NCBI GenBank assembly: GCA_965204375.1
Contig: OZ241986.1
Span: 576,001-640,000 of the forward strand
DNA length: 64,000 nucleotides
Direction of reading: 5' to 3'
DNA from: Candidatus Latescibacterota bacterium
Lineage (GTDB): Bacteria; Latescibacterota; UBA2968
The notes beneath the pieces were generated by a model, which worked only from the letters and a program-made list of their open reading frames with translations, was not told the DNA's origin and searched no databases. Both the position numbers and the translations under genes were made by a program. Shown here in pieces: positions 39,881 through 49,002 of this stretch. Within the stretch, counting starts at the first letter, position 1, and every line of letters begins with the position of its first letter.

Positions 39881-40801
39881 ATGCAAAAAATTTATACGAC
39901 TGAGCCATTTGTTATTAATAAAAACCTCGGTGCTGCGGTGCGCGTTCGAGGCGAAGATTTGACCTCGACCAATGCGGATGGTGAGCCTGTTGTGCAGTTG
40001 ACTCAGAAACAAAAATACGATTTTGATCGCAATGGCTGGTTGCTAATTCCCGGTGTTTTGAACGGGGATGAATTGGAGGAGATGCGAGATTACGCCGAGC
40101 AGTTGCATCGCAATCCCGAAGCACTTGCCGAACATAAGCGATCTACACTGGCAGGTCCTTTGCAAAAACTGATGGACCATCCGGTTGTAGTGGGCTTTTT
40201 AAATGAGTTTTTAGCGTATCCTCCTCTTGCGAGTAAAGACAGTTATGGTTTTCGGTTGGAGACATCGCATTTGACGTTTCGTTCGGCGCGTGAAAATCAG
40301 CAGCGTAAGTTTAACCCGCACAATGGCAATGGGCTGTTTCGACCGCCTTGGGATTCACATTATTATCGCTGTGTGCCCGGCAAGTCATGGAGTGGATTGA
40401 CCCGGGTGGTGTGGGAGTTGAACCCTGTGAAATATCGCGAGGGTGGCACATTGTTTATATCAGGAAGCCATAAGTCGGCGTATCCTGCGCCTGATTCTGC
40501 TTTTGCCGAAGATTCGCCCATTTGGAAGACCTACGAGTGCCCTGCAGGTTCGGTTCTCTTTTTTACGGAGGCACTTTCCCACAGTGCTTCGACATGGACA
40601 AATGAGGATAATGACAGACTGGCGATTTTTAATCTTTACAATACGATTTCTACACGCTGGCAATCGTGGTTGCCACATCCTGATTTATTAGCAGAGATGC
40701 ATCCCAAGCGGCAGTCTTTGTTTCGAGAAGTCAAGGTCGGTGGCCGCAATGTAGAGAATCCAATACCGCGAAATGGAGACAATCCATATCTGCAAGGATA
40801 A
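39881..40801 (+). CDS. PhyH-like Fe/2OG oxygenase (HxG variant)
   Basis: FDRNGWLLIPGVL, PHNG, FISGSHK, GSVLFFTEALSH. Confidence 0.82.
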   Translation: MQKIYTTEPFVINKNLGAAVRVRGEDLTSTNADGEPVVQLTQKQKYDFDRNGWLLIPGVLNGDELEEMRDYAEQLHRNPEALAEHKRSTLAGPLQKLMDHPVVVGFLNEFLAYPPLASKDSYGFRLETSHLTFRSARENQQRKFNPHNGNGLFRPPWDSHYYRCVPGKSWSGLTRVVWELNPVKYREGGTLFISGSHKSAYPAPDSAFAEDSPIWKTYECPAGSVLFFTEALSHSASTWTNEDNDRLAIFNLYNTISTRWQSWLPHPDLLAEMHPKRQSLFREVKVGGRNVENPIPRNGDNPYLQG

Positions 40802-40822
40802 GGACGAGATTTTTGAAATAGG

Positions 40823-41770
40823 ATGGCTGACAGGAGAATGATTATGGATGCAAATGGACACGTACAACCGTATATCATCAACAAAAATATGGGCAAACCC
40901 ATGGCTGACTTTGCGCCGGAATTGCCCAAAAAAAATGCCGATGGGGTGCCAATTGTTGAACCGACAGATGAGCAGAAGTATATGTTTGACGCCGATGGGT
41001 GGTTGCTGATTCCGAATGTGCTGAGTGAGGGTGAAGTTGAGGAGATGCGCGAGTGGGTAAAAAGACTGCATTTTGAGCCCGAGTCATTGCCCGATCATGA
41101 GCGCACTATTTTGGCAGGCCCGACGCAGCGTTTGATTGATCATCCAGTTGTGATGGGGATGCTCAACGAATTTACGGCCAATCCCGCGCTGTCGAGCCAG
41201 GAATGCTATGGGTTTAGTCTGGGCACATGTGGTTACTGGTATCGCACCGCGCCGAATAGACGCACTGAAGGACTCAAAGAAGCACGTGCGTTTAAACCGC
41301 ACAATGGCAATGGACTATATCGCCTTCCCGGTGATGTTCATTTTTACAATTCTTTTCCAGGAAAGAGTTTTTGCCCGCACATGCGTGTGGTGTGGGAATT
41401 GAATCCGGTCAAGTACAAACAGGGTGGTACTTTGTTGGTGTCGGGCAGTCACAAGGCTGTTTACACTGCGCCCGATGAAATTCAAGATCCCGATTCGGAT
41501 GTGTGGACAACCTATGAATGTGAACCTGGATCTCTGCTGTTTTTTGCTGAAGCGACAACCCACAGTGCGCATCCGTGGACAAATGAAGAAAACGATCGGG
41601 TTGCTGTTCCGACACTTTACAATCAGGTAGATGGGGGATTTGCTGAAGCGCTGAAGCCCGATGAAAAACTTCTGGAATCTATGCCACCTTTGCGTCGGAC
41701 GTTATTTCGAGACCGATATGTTGCAAACAATGTTGTTGGTGCGGACTTTAAGCGTTTGTGGCGAGTTTGA
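40823..41770 (+). CDS. PhyH-like Fe/2OG oxygenase (HxG variant), paralogue of the preceding gene
   Basis: FDADGWLLIPNVL, PHNG, VSGSHK, GSLLFFAEATTH. Confidence 0.82.
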   Translation: MADRRMIMDANGHVQPYIINKNMGKPMADFAPELPKKNADGVPIVEPTDEQKYMFDADGWLLIPNVLSEGEVEEMREWVKRLHFEPESLPDHERTILAGPTQRLIDHPVVMGMLNEFTANPALSSQECYGFSLGTCGYWYRTAPNRRTEGLKEARAFKPHNGNGLYRLPGDVHFYNSFPGKSFCPHMRVVWELNPVKYKQGGTLLVSGSHKAVYTAPDEIQDPDSDVWTTYECEPGSLLFFAEATTHSAHPWTNEENDRVAVPTLYNQVDGGFAEALKPDEKLLESMPPLRRTLFRDRYVANNVVGADFKRLWRV

Positions 41771-41951
41771 ATAATGAAGGGATTTACATGAAAGTTGCCT
41801 TGGTTTGATGTGACAATGATTCACGTGGATCGGTTTTTGCAACGAACTTTGAAAATTGTGCCTGATGATCCGGGAATTGGCGTGGAATTCGACTGGCCCA
41901 AACTCGAATCTTATTGCGTCTCCGATTTGGCATTTGGCGAATAAGGTAATC

Positions 41952-43064
41952 TCATGGTGAAATTCGCAATTTGCCAAAATGAATATGAGTACGCGGCGTA
42001 TCTGGTGTGCCGCTGTCCCACACGCAACGGAAGTCATCCGGTGCAATTTCAATAAGTGTGGGATAAGAGTTCTTAATCCCGGCATCGTAGAAGGTTTTTT
42101 CTTCGCTCCAGGCGTCTCCGGGGTTTTTTGTTTTGTACCGCAGAGAAGTCCGGCCTCCGTTTGGAAATCCCGGTGCTTTTACTCTTTGGGGAGGACCATC
42201 GCTGTACACATAGATATGCGTGCCATTCGAGGATCGGCCAAAGAAAGCCTTTGATTTGGCGTTGTGCAGGTCGGGTTCGGGTTTGGCGACACGCCAGGTA
42301 CGGCCACCGTCACGGCTTACGCTCGAATAGGCTCTGGGAGGGTCCGTCGTGTGATCGGTTTCGTCGTAATCGGCAGTTCGCATGACAATCCATAGTTCCT
42401 CCGGTGTTTCTCCCGGCGCAATATTTCCCTCATGGAGGAAAACACGAGCATTGGTGGGTTGGGGAATATATGCTTCGAGTTTCCACTCCAGCAAGCTGGT
42501 ACTGCTGAGAACGAAGTGGTCACGCGAACCACGGGGGTCTTCCTGTAGCGTGTTGCGGTGGGCTGGCAGCAGAAATTTGCGTGTCGAGTCGGTCTCCGTG
42601 GTTACGATGGTTGAGCATGTAATCAGCGGCCCTGCATAGTGCATCGCCATTTCCACCTGTGTCCAGGAATAACCGCCATCTGCAGTGAACGCACCGACCA
42701 GTTGAGATTCTTCGCTGTTCTTCTGAGCTATCGGGCAGCGCATTGCAAAGCACCAGATGACATCCTGTCCGGGAGCGCGGTAAAGGATTGGATTCGCGTA
42801 GGCAAACTGTACCATGCCCTGACGCTGACGATGATCAAAGATCATCACTGGTTCCTCCCAGGTGTCTCCATCGTCGGTTGAGAGCGTCGCAAGAATGTCT
42901 CCCATGTCTTTCTTGCCGTTGACCATCGCTCCAAAGGCCACAATGAGATGCCTCTTCTTCTGCCCCGGAATAATGACCGGTTGCCACACGCGCCAGGCCT
43001 GTGGCTGCTGCTCAACCCGACGAACTACGCGAAGGTCTGTAATATCTCCTCGATAATCCAGCAT
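41952..43064 (-). CDS. Sialidase-like BNR-repeat protein
   Basis: STDDGDTW, TADGGYSW, SRDGGRTW, SYP. Confidence 0.82.
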   Translation of the reverse strand: MLDYRGDITDLRVVRRVEQQPQAWRVWQPVIIPGQKKRHLIVAFGAMVNGKKDMGDILATLSTDDGDTWEEPVMIFDHRQRQGMVQFAYANPILYRAPGQDVIWCFAMRCPIAQKNSEESQLVGAFTADGGYSWTQVEMAMHYAGPLITCSTIVTTETDSTRKFLLPAHRNTLQEDPRGSRDHFVLSSTSLLEWKLEAYIPQPTNARVFLHEGNIAPGETPEELWIVMRTADYDETDHTTDPPRAYSSVSRDGGRTWRVAKPEPDLHNAKSKAFFGRSSNGTHIYVYSDGPPQRVKAPGFPNGGRTSLRYKTKNPGDAWSEEKTFYDAGIKNSYPTLIEIAPDDFRCVWDSGTPDTPRTHIHFGKLRISP

Positions 43065-43117
43065 TATCTATCTCCTCGATTTGTGTTTAAATTTTGCGCG
43101 AGGGAAGGCATCCCTCC

Positions 43118-43164
43118 TTGACAGAGTAAGATAAATAGTATAGATTTCTGACATCAGTGTCAAG
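43118..43164 (+). promoter_or_regulatory. abiE promoter with downstream inverted repeat
   Basis: TTGACA-17 nt-TAGATT, then tgaca-tcag-tgtca. Confidence 0.55.
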
Positions 43165-43193
43165 AGATGTCTGAACGCGAGGGATGTAGTCCA

Positions 43194-43817
43194 ATGACCG
43201 GAATCGCCGACAAAATTATGCAGAGGGTGTCCGTCCACGATAGCGGAAGGTGGGTATGCACGCCGAAGGATTTCCTGGACCTCGGCAGCCGCGAGGGCGT
43301 CGATCAGGCACTGTCGCGTCTCGTCAAGGCGGGACTGATGCGCCGGGTGGGCCATGGTCTGTACGACAGGCCGAGGATCAGCAATGTGCTGAATCGACCC
43401 GCGCCCGTCGATTTGGATGCGGTCATCGCAGCGTTGGCACGGCGGGATGGCGTGCGGATCATGCCGGATGGATTGGTGGCCGCGAATCAGCTGGGTCTCA
43501 CCAACGCCGTGCCCGCAAAGGTCAGCTACGTGACGGATGGCCACTCCAGAACTCTCAAGATCGACGGAAGAACCATCCGGTTCCGGCACGCGGGTCCGAG
43601 CGTCATGCGGTGGGCAGGAAGACCCGCAGCACCAGTGGTTCTGGCGTTGCGGTGGCTGGGCCCCCGCGCAGCAGCAGACGGAGAGATCGTCTCGGTGCTG
43701 AGTCGCCATCTTCCCGACGATGTGAAGCTCGATTTGTTGCACCACAGCCGCGATCTTCCCGGCTGGGCGTTGCCGCTGGCGCGCAGCATCGCGAGCGACC
43801 AGGACGTTGCCGTATGA
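43194..43817 (+). CDS. AbiEi-like (DUF6088) antitoxin/regulator
   Basis: DFLDLGSREGVDQALSRL...GHGLY...AANQLGLTNAVP. Confidence 0.85.
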   Translation: MTGIADKIMQRVSVHDSGRWVCTPKDFLDLGSREGVDQALSRLVKAGLMRRVGHGLYDRPRISNVLNRPAPVDLDAVIAALARRDGVRIMPDGLVAANQLGLTNAVPAKVSYVTDGHSRTLKIDGRTIRFRHAGPSVMRWAGRPAAPVVLALRWLGPRAAADGEIVSVLSRHLPDDVKLDLLHHSRDLPGWALPLARSIASDQDVAV

Positions 43818-44857
43818 CCAAGGGCTTTGAATCATACCTCGCCCTGCCGGAGCAGGACAGGCGGGATGTTCTTGAAGCGGCGGCAGCCCGCCTCGATACG
43901 TTGCCGAACTATGTGGAGAAGGACTTCTGGGTTTGCCTGGTTCTCGATGCTCTGTTCAATCGACGTCCTGAGGGGCATCCGAGGCTGCTTTTCAAGGGGG
44001 GGACGTCGCTGTCCAAGGCCTTCGGACTCATTGAGCGATTTTCCGAGGATATCGATCTCGTGGTGTTCCGCGATGGCCTTGGCTTCGAAGAGGAGCGCGA
44101 CCCGACCGTAGCTGGCCAGCTATCAAACAAGAAACGGACCGCGCTGTTCAAGGAACTCAGGGCGGCGTGCAGTGGATACATTCGTGGGGCTTTGCGGACC
44201 GCTTTGGCGAGTCGAATCGACGAGCTTTCAACTGGCTGTCAGGTCGTTCCGGATGAGGGCGATGTCGACGGCCAGACGCTCTTCATCGAGTATCCAACCC
44301 TCTTTTCAAGCGGAGACGTCACCTATGTGGCCCCGCGCGTGAAGATTGAGGCGGGAGCGAGGTCGGCGCTTGATCCCAGCCAGCACTGCACAGTCACCCC
44401 CTATATCGCGAATGAACTCCCTGACTGGTCGTTCACAGTGGCGGGCATTCGCGTGATCGCGCCCGAGCGAACCTATTGGGAGAAGTTGCTGATCTTGCAT
44501 GGCGCACATTGCGGATACCGGGACGTCGGGCGCCTGCCGGCTGACAAGGATCGCATTTCGCGTCACTACTACGATGTCGCAGTGATCACGGCGACGGAAG
44601 TCGGGAGATCGGCTTTGGTCGATACCGACCTGCTGGACGCGGTTCGGAACCACAACCTCGTCGCGTTCCGGCAGGCCTGGAAGCGGTTCGAAGAAGCGGT
44701 TCCAGGATCGGTGAGACTGGTTCCTCAAGCGGAACTGCGCAAGGTGATCGAACAAGATTACCGAGCCATGCAAGGCATGATTCTCGGTGAGGCCCCGGAC
44801 TTCGGGTGGGTCACGGATCAGCTTCGACAGGCCGAAGTAGCGATAAACGGAACTTGA
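43814..44857 (+). CDS. AbiEii nucleotidyltransferase toxin (type IV TA)
   Basis: VEKDFWV, FKGGTSLSK, RFSEDIDL, EK, RHYYD; ATGA overlap with the antitoxin. Confidence 0.92.
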   Translation: MTKGFESYLALPEQDRRDVLEAAAARLDTLPNYVEKDFWVCLVLDALFNRRPEGHPRLLFKGGTSLSKAFGLIERFSEDIDLVVFRDGLGFEEERDPTVAGQLSNKKRTALFKELRAACSGYIRGALRTALASRIDELSTGCQVVPDEGDVDGQTLFIEYPTLFSSGDVTYVAPRVKIEAGARSALDPSQHCTVTPYIANELPDWSFTVAGIRVIAPERTYWEKLLILHGAHCGYRDVGRLPADKDRISRHYYDVAVITATEVGRSALVDTDLLDAVRNHNLVAFRQAWKRFEEAVPGSVRLVPQAELRKVIEQDYRAMQGMILGEAPDFGWVTDQLRQAEVAINGT

Positions 44858-44938
44858 ACATGGCCACAGCCAGAGAAACTGGAAGCGGTCGTGAAGCATG
44901 TTCAATGGAAGAAGAAGCGGGTTTACAAGGAGAACAAT

Positions 44939-45958
44939 ATGACACCCATCAGGCTTGGTGTTGTTGGTCTTGGTCTTGGTCGATGGATGGTAGAAACTGT
45001 AAAGAAAATCGAGGGTGCCCACGTTGTGGCAGCTGCTGAGAATATGCCTGCTCGATTGGATGGTATGGGCGGTTATAGAGCCTATGAGAAGAAAAATGAT
45101 CTCAAACTTTACGAAGATGCAGACCAGATGATGGATGACGAATCGTTGGACGCGGTCGCACTTGCGGTGACGCCCAAACATCGCAGGGCGCTGATCGAAT
45201 CGGCTGGCAACAGGGGCATCCCAATGCTGATCGAGAAGCCCTGGGCAGGGACTGTCAAAAGTGGAAGAGAGTTGGTTGAATTGTGCAACAGTTTTGATTT
45301 GCCCTGTCAGGTCGAATTTCCGATTCGTTGTATGCCTGCAATGGTGCGGTTGCGAGAACTCCTGAAAGGCTCTCTCGGAAAAGGGTGGATGGCGAATGCC
45401 AATCTGATGATGGGTTGGTGTCCGCCTCCAGAATCAAAAAAACACTGGGATCCAGAAAACCACAATGGGCTTCTCAACGAGTGCTATGTACATCTTTTCG
45501 ATACGCTGGCATTTTTACTGGGCAAGCCCAAATCAGTATTCTCATTTGGGGGATCCTTCAGAGGCCGCCCAATGCCGGATGCGGCCGCAGCAGTCATTGA
45601 GTTTGAATCTGGGGCCTCCGCTTCGCTGACTTGTGGTGGCATTGGTGCTGCTTGTGCTGATGGCGGACATCTTTTGGATATCTGGACAGAGAACGGACTG
45701 GCACGCATAACTGGCACGCAATGGCTACCAGATACGCTGGAATGGGCCTTAAGGGAGGCCAACGAATCTACAGTCGAGACGTTTCATGCGCCTGAGCGAA
45801 TGACCCTGATGGAGTACAATATGCGTGCATTTTTCAACGCGGTCCGAAGTGGTGCCCCTGTAGCTGCAACACCAGAAGACGGATTGATTGCAACAGCCAT
45901 CGCTATGGCTATTCAGGAATCTATTGTTACGGGGAATCGCGTTGTGGTAGAATGTTAG
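44939..45958 (+). CDS. Gfo/Idh/MocA oxidoreductase
   Basis: GVVGLG, IEKP, HLFD; AGGAG RBS. Confidence 0.9.
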   Translation: MTPIRLGVVGLGLGRWMVETVKKIEGAHVVAAAENMPARLDGMGGYRAYEKKNDLKLYEDADQMMDDESLDAVALAVTPKHRRALIESAGNRGIPMLIEKPWAGTVKSGRELVELCNSFDLPCQVEFPIRCMPAMVRLRELLKGSLGKGWMANANLMMGWCPPPESKKHWDPENHNGLLNECYVHLFDTLAFLLGKPKSVFSFGGSFRGRPMPDAAAAVIEFESGASASLTCGGIGAACADGGHLLDIWTENGLARITGTQWLPDTLEWALREANESTVETFHAPERMTLMEYNMRAFFNAVRSGAPVAATPEDGLIATAIAMAIQESIVTGNRVVVEC

Positions 45959-45998
45959 GCAAACAGGCAAATCGGAAAGGGGTACCGATCAGTCCGCT

Positions 45999-46886
45999 CT
46001 AACCCAGATCCGGTATCCGCCAGTTGGCATACCAGCGGGAGTCTTCTGGGGGTGCTTCGTCTCCACTCTGCATAGAAGCAAAATTTTTCATCCGGGGGCG
46101 GATCTCCTCTTCCCAGATACGCTCAATCTGCCCGTAGGTCAGCGGGGTGTGGTCGGGTTTTAACTGCTCGTATTCCGTTAGAAGTTCTTTTGCTTTTTCC
46201 GAGATATGTGCCGCTGTATCAGCCACCATTTCTTCTCCCGCTCGCCGGCTGGATGTATCCACGTAATCGCCCTGGGCGAAATGAGGGCCCGGCTCGTCCG
46301 GTCCGGGAAGGCGGGAGAGATCTACGCAGTCTGGAGCCACAGCCCACAGCAGCGATGTTTCGCCTCTTCCCGCGTGGCCTCCCATGCCCCGGTCGTCTTT
46401 GAACCGGGATTCCCCTGTGCCCATACTCATAACAGAATAGAGTCGGACGGAGACGTGCTGCTGGAGGATTTCCAGTACAACGGGTACGTCCAGGCGGTGT
46501 GGTCCCGAATGTCCCGAGAAGAGCACGGCTACGTGGAATCCCAGGGCATCGACGGCACGGATGTGATAGCAGAGATTTTTCAAAAAGATCCACGGAGGTA
46601 CCGCTGTAAGCCAGGGGCGAACATTACCCACTCGTTCGTGTGCCCAGGTCCCGTAGCCTCCGGATTCGTGGCAGTGCCAGTATTCAGGAGGTGCTACAAT
46701 GCCACCGAAGGACCGGGCGGCCTGGCACACCACCCCGTGTGCCCGCAGCGCGTCCAGGCCCAAGGCGTTCACCGGCCCGTGGGGTTCACACAGGCCATAG
46801 GGCAAATACACCACGGGACAATCCTCAAAAGCGGCTTCCAATTCATCGGGAAACATGCGTTCCCAGCGGACTTCTTTGCGTTCCAT
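45999..46886 (-). CDS. Creatininase-family amidohydrolase
   Basis: GLCEPHG...GLD, SGHSG, HAGRGETS. Confidence 0.88.
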   Translation of the reverse strand: MERKEVRWERMFPDELEAAFEDCPVVYLPYGLCEPHGPVNALGLDALRAHGVVCQAARSFGGIVAPPEYWHCHESGGYGTWAHERVGNVRPWLTAVPPWIFLKNLCYHIRAVDALGFHVAVLFSGHSGPHRLDVPVVLEILQQHVSVRLYSVMSMGTGESRFKDDRGMGGHAGRGETSLLWAVAPDCVDLSRLPGPDEPGPHFAQGDYVDTSSRRAGEEMVADTAAHISEKAKELLTEYEQLKPDHTPLTYGQIERIWEEEIRPRMKNFASMQSGDEAPPEDSRWYANWRIPDLG

Positions 46887-47073
46887 GGTTCAGGCTCCTT
46901 ATCAGATAGCCCGTAAAACCCATCGGCTTTAGCGATGGGATAAAAGGGCTTACGAATCCCTGCTTTCGCAGGGACATGCTTATGGGGTAGTGCTTTAGCG
47001 TTGGGGCACAATCATCAAGGGATTGTGGGCGGTGAGTCATTGTGATTCGTCCGATAGTTCCACGAAAAATGGG

Positions 47074-47102
47074 TTGACAAAATATGCTCATAAATGTATA
47101 TT
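47074..47102 (+). promoter_or_regulatory. tnpB promoter
   Basis: TTGACA-17 nt-TATATT, 6 nt before the ATG. Confidence 0.7.
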
Positions 47103-47108
47103 TTTATT

Positions 47109-48227
47109 ATGTTTAAGTCCTTCAAATACAGATTGCGCCCGACGAAAAAACAGGAGAAAATCCTGACGGCGCATAGTGAAGAATGTCGCTTGCTGTACAA
47201 CCAGCTTCTTTGTGTGAGAGTACAAGCATGGCAGCAAAAGCATCAGTCTTTGTCCTGCTATGACCAGATAAAAACTATTCCATTGATGAAGAAACAACGA
47301 CCTGAATTTACGCAAGTGTATAGTCAGGTCTTGCAACAGGTCGCGGTACGGGTTGATCTTGCATTCAAGGCGTTCTTTCGTCGTGTCAAAGAGCGGGCAA
47401 AGACGGGTGAGAAAGCTGGCTTTCCCAGATACAAAGGTCAGAATCGTTATGATTCTATCACCTATCCTCAGTTTTCCAACGGATGCCGATTGGACGATAA
47501 GGGCTTGCGATTAGGCAAAATAGGCTGTATTCGGATTGTCCAGCACAGACCCCTTGAGGGTATGCCTAAGTCTTGCACGCTCAGGCGCACTGCTACTGGC
47601 AAGTGGTTTGTTACTATCTCTTGTGATATAGGCGACGCCCCTGAAAAAATAGACGATGGCCCCGCCGTTGGCATTGACGTGGGACTTGATAATTTTGCTA
47701 TGTTTTCTGATAGAGAAAAGATCGCTAATCCTCGCTTTTTTCGTAAAGAGGAAAAGGCACTTGCAAAAGCACAGCGCAAGTGGGACAAAGTAAAAAAAGC
47801 GTCGCCAAAGAAACGAGAGAAAGCACGTAAGACTGTTGCCAGAGTGCACGAGCGTATCCGTAATAGACGACATAATTTTGTGCATCAAGAAGCTCGAAAA
47901 GTCGTCAATAAGTATGGCTTTGTTGCAACAGAAAAGTTAGACGCCAAAAAGATGCAAAAGAATCGTCGCTTGTCAAAAAGCATCTCAGACGCAGCGTGGT
48001 TCCTGTTTCGGCATTGTCTCGAATACAAAGCGGAGGAAGCTGGTATTGGATTCAAGCCTGTTGATCCTGAATACACGTCACAAGATTGCTCTTCTTGTGG
48101 ACATAGACAGAAGAAAGCCCTCTCTGATCGTGTGCATCATTGCAAAAAGTGTGGCTATACCACTGACAGAGACCACAATGCTGCGATAAACATATTGACT
48201 TTGGGATTACAAAGTCAGGTGGTTTGA
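47109..48227 (+). CDS. tnpB: TnpB RNA-guided endonuclease
   Basis: FKYRLRPT HTH, RuvC GIDVG / EKL / DRDHNAA, Zn finger CSSC...CKKC. Confidence 0.95.
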   Translation: MFKSFKYRLRPTKKQEKILTAHSEECRLLYNQLLCVRVQAWQQKHQSLSCYDQIKTIPLMKKQRPEFTQVYSQVLQQVAVRVDLAFKAFFRRVKERAKTGEKAGFPRYKGQNRYDSITYPQFSNGCRLDDKGLRLGKIGCIRIVQHRPLEGMPKSCTLRRTATGKWFVTISCDIGDAPEKIDDGPAVGIDVGLDNFAMFSDREKIANPRFFRKEEKALAKAQRKWDKVKKASPKKREKARKTVARVHERIRNRRHNFVHQEARKVVNKYGFVATEKLDAKKMQKNRRLSKSISDAAWFLFRHCLEYKAEEAGIGFKPVDPEYTSQDCSSCGHRQKKALSDRVHHCKKCGYTTDRDHNAAINILTLGLQSQVV

Positions 48228-48349
48228 CCGCCAAGAAGCCCAACTGCTCTATCGTTGGGAGTAATCACGTTGATCGCATTGTGCGATATTTCAAAAATCT
48301 CCGAATTATCTCATACCTGCTCTAAATAGCTCGTTCCTGGATGACCGAT

Positions 48350-48664
48350 CTATTGTGATACGAGCATTTTGGCAAGTTCGGATTTGGTGACCCCAAGCGC
48401 GAAGAGGGATCGAATTAATAGATCTACAGAAACAGAGGGATCGCCCGCTTCGATTTTGGCAACACGAGATTGACTGGATTTGAGGGATTCGGCCAGTTGT
48501 GTTTGGGTCAAATTTTCTCGCTCACGGCATTGACGCACTTTCTTGCTCAACGTGATTTTGAGGTCAATGTAAGCGGCTTCTTCGTCGGTCAGGCCCAGAA
48601 AATCGTCTGTTGAACCCACACGCCATCCGGCAGCCTCGAGAAGTTTTTTCTTTTTTGTATTCAT
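48350..48664 (-). CDS. XRE/HTH antitoxin (HigA-like)
   Basis: AGWRVGSTDDFLGL...LTQTQLA...SSQSRVAKIEAGDPSVS. Confidence 0.87.
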   Translation of the reverse strand: MNTKKKKLLEAAGWRVGSTDDFLGLTDEEAAYIDLKITLSKKVRQCRERENLTQTQLAESLKSSQSRVAKIEAGDPSVSVDLLIRSLFALGVTKSELAKMLVSQ

Positions 48665-48672
48665 GAGTCATC

Positions 48673-48750
48673 CTATCTCGCCGATGGAGAAAATGGAGGT
48701 GTCTTGATTTGTCCGTGAAGCCATACCAGAGGTTTGTCAGAAGGACTCAT
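48673..48750 (-). pseudogene. Stub of a RelE/HigB-type toxin
   Basis: MSPSDKPLVWLHGQIKTPPFSPSAR*, directly upstream of the antitoxin; palindrome tatgtcaaatatgacata in its promoter. Confidence 0.65.
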
Positions 48751-48900
48751 ATAAAAAATATATGTCAAATATGACATATATCAAAGGCTATTATCTTGAA
48801 GGGGACTTGACCCGATTTGATATATAACATTTCAATCCCACCTTTTATGGACGCTGATAAACTGCTATCGTTTATACCTCTGCTCGCTTCGAGTATAAAC

Positions 48901-48940
48901 AAAAGCCCGTCAACCACCACCGATTGACGGGCTTTCTTTT
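48901..48940. terminator. Bidirectional terminator-like hairpin
   Basis: aaagcccgtcaa...ttgacgggcttt followed by a T tract. Confidence 0.8.
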
Positions 48941-49002
48941 ACAATGAAACAGAAGATGCGTTCTCCCCTTTTGGTTCTGGATCGCGGCTAAATTTAATCG
49001 CA

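Larger units (their letters stand above)
46906..48268 (+). mobile_element. IS200/IS605-family element with tnpB only (IS1341-like); left boundary approximate
   Basis: Left hairpin cccatcg-gctttag-cgatggg; right end gaagcccaac-tgctctatc-gttgggagtaatcac; no tnpA between the ends. Confidence 0.82.

Noticed and set aside
41817-41832. parS-like tgattcacgtggatcg
   Set aside because: At least three mismatches and a single copy; not enough support
43250-43813. N-terminal extension of the 535-aa ORF
   Set aside because: It overlaps the DUF6088 gene in another frame; the AbiEii start is the coupled ATG at 43814
48829-48900. CRISPR array
   Set aside because: Only one repeat-like unit; kept as a finding, not as a feature
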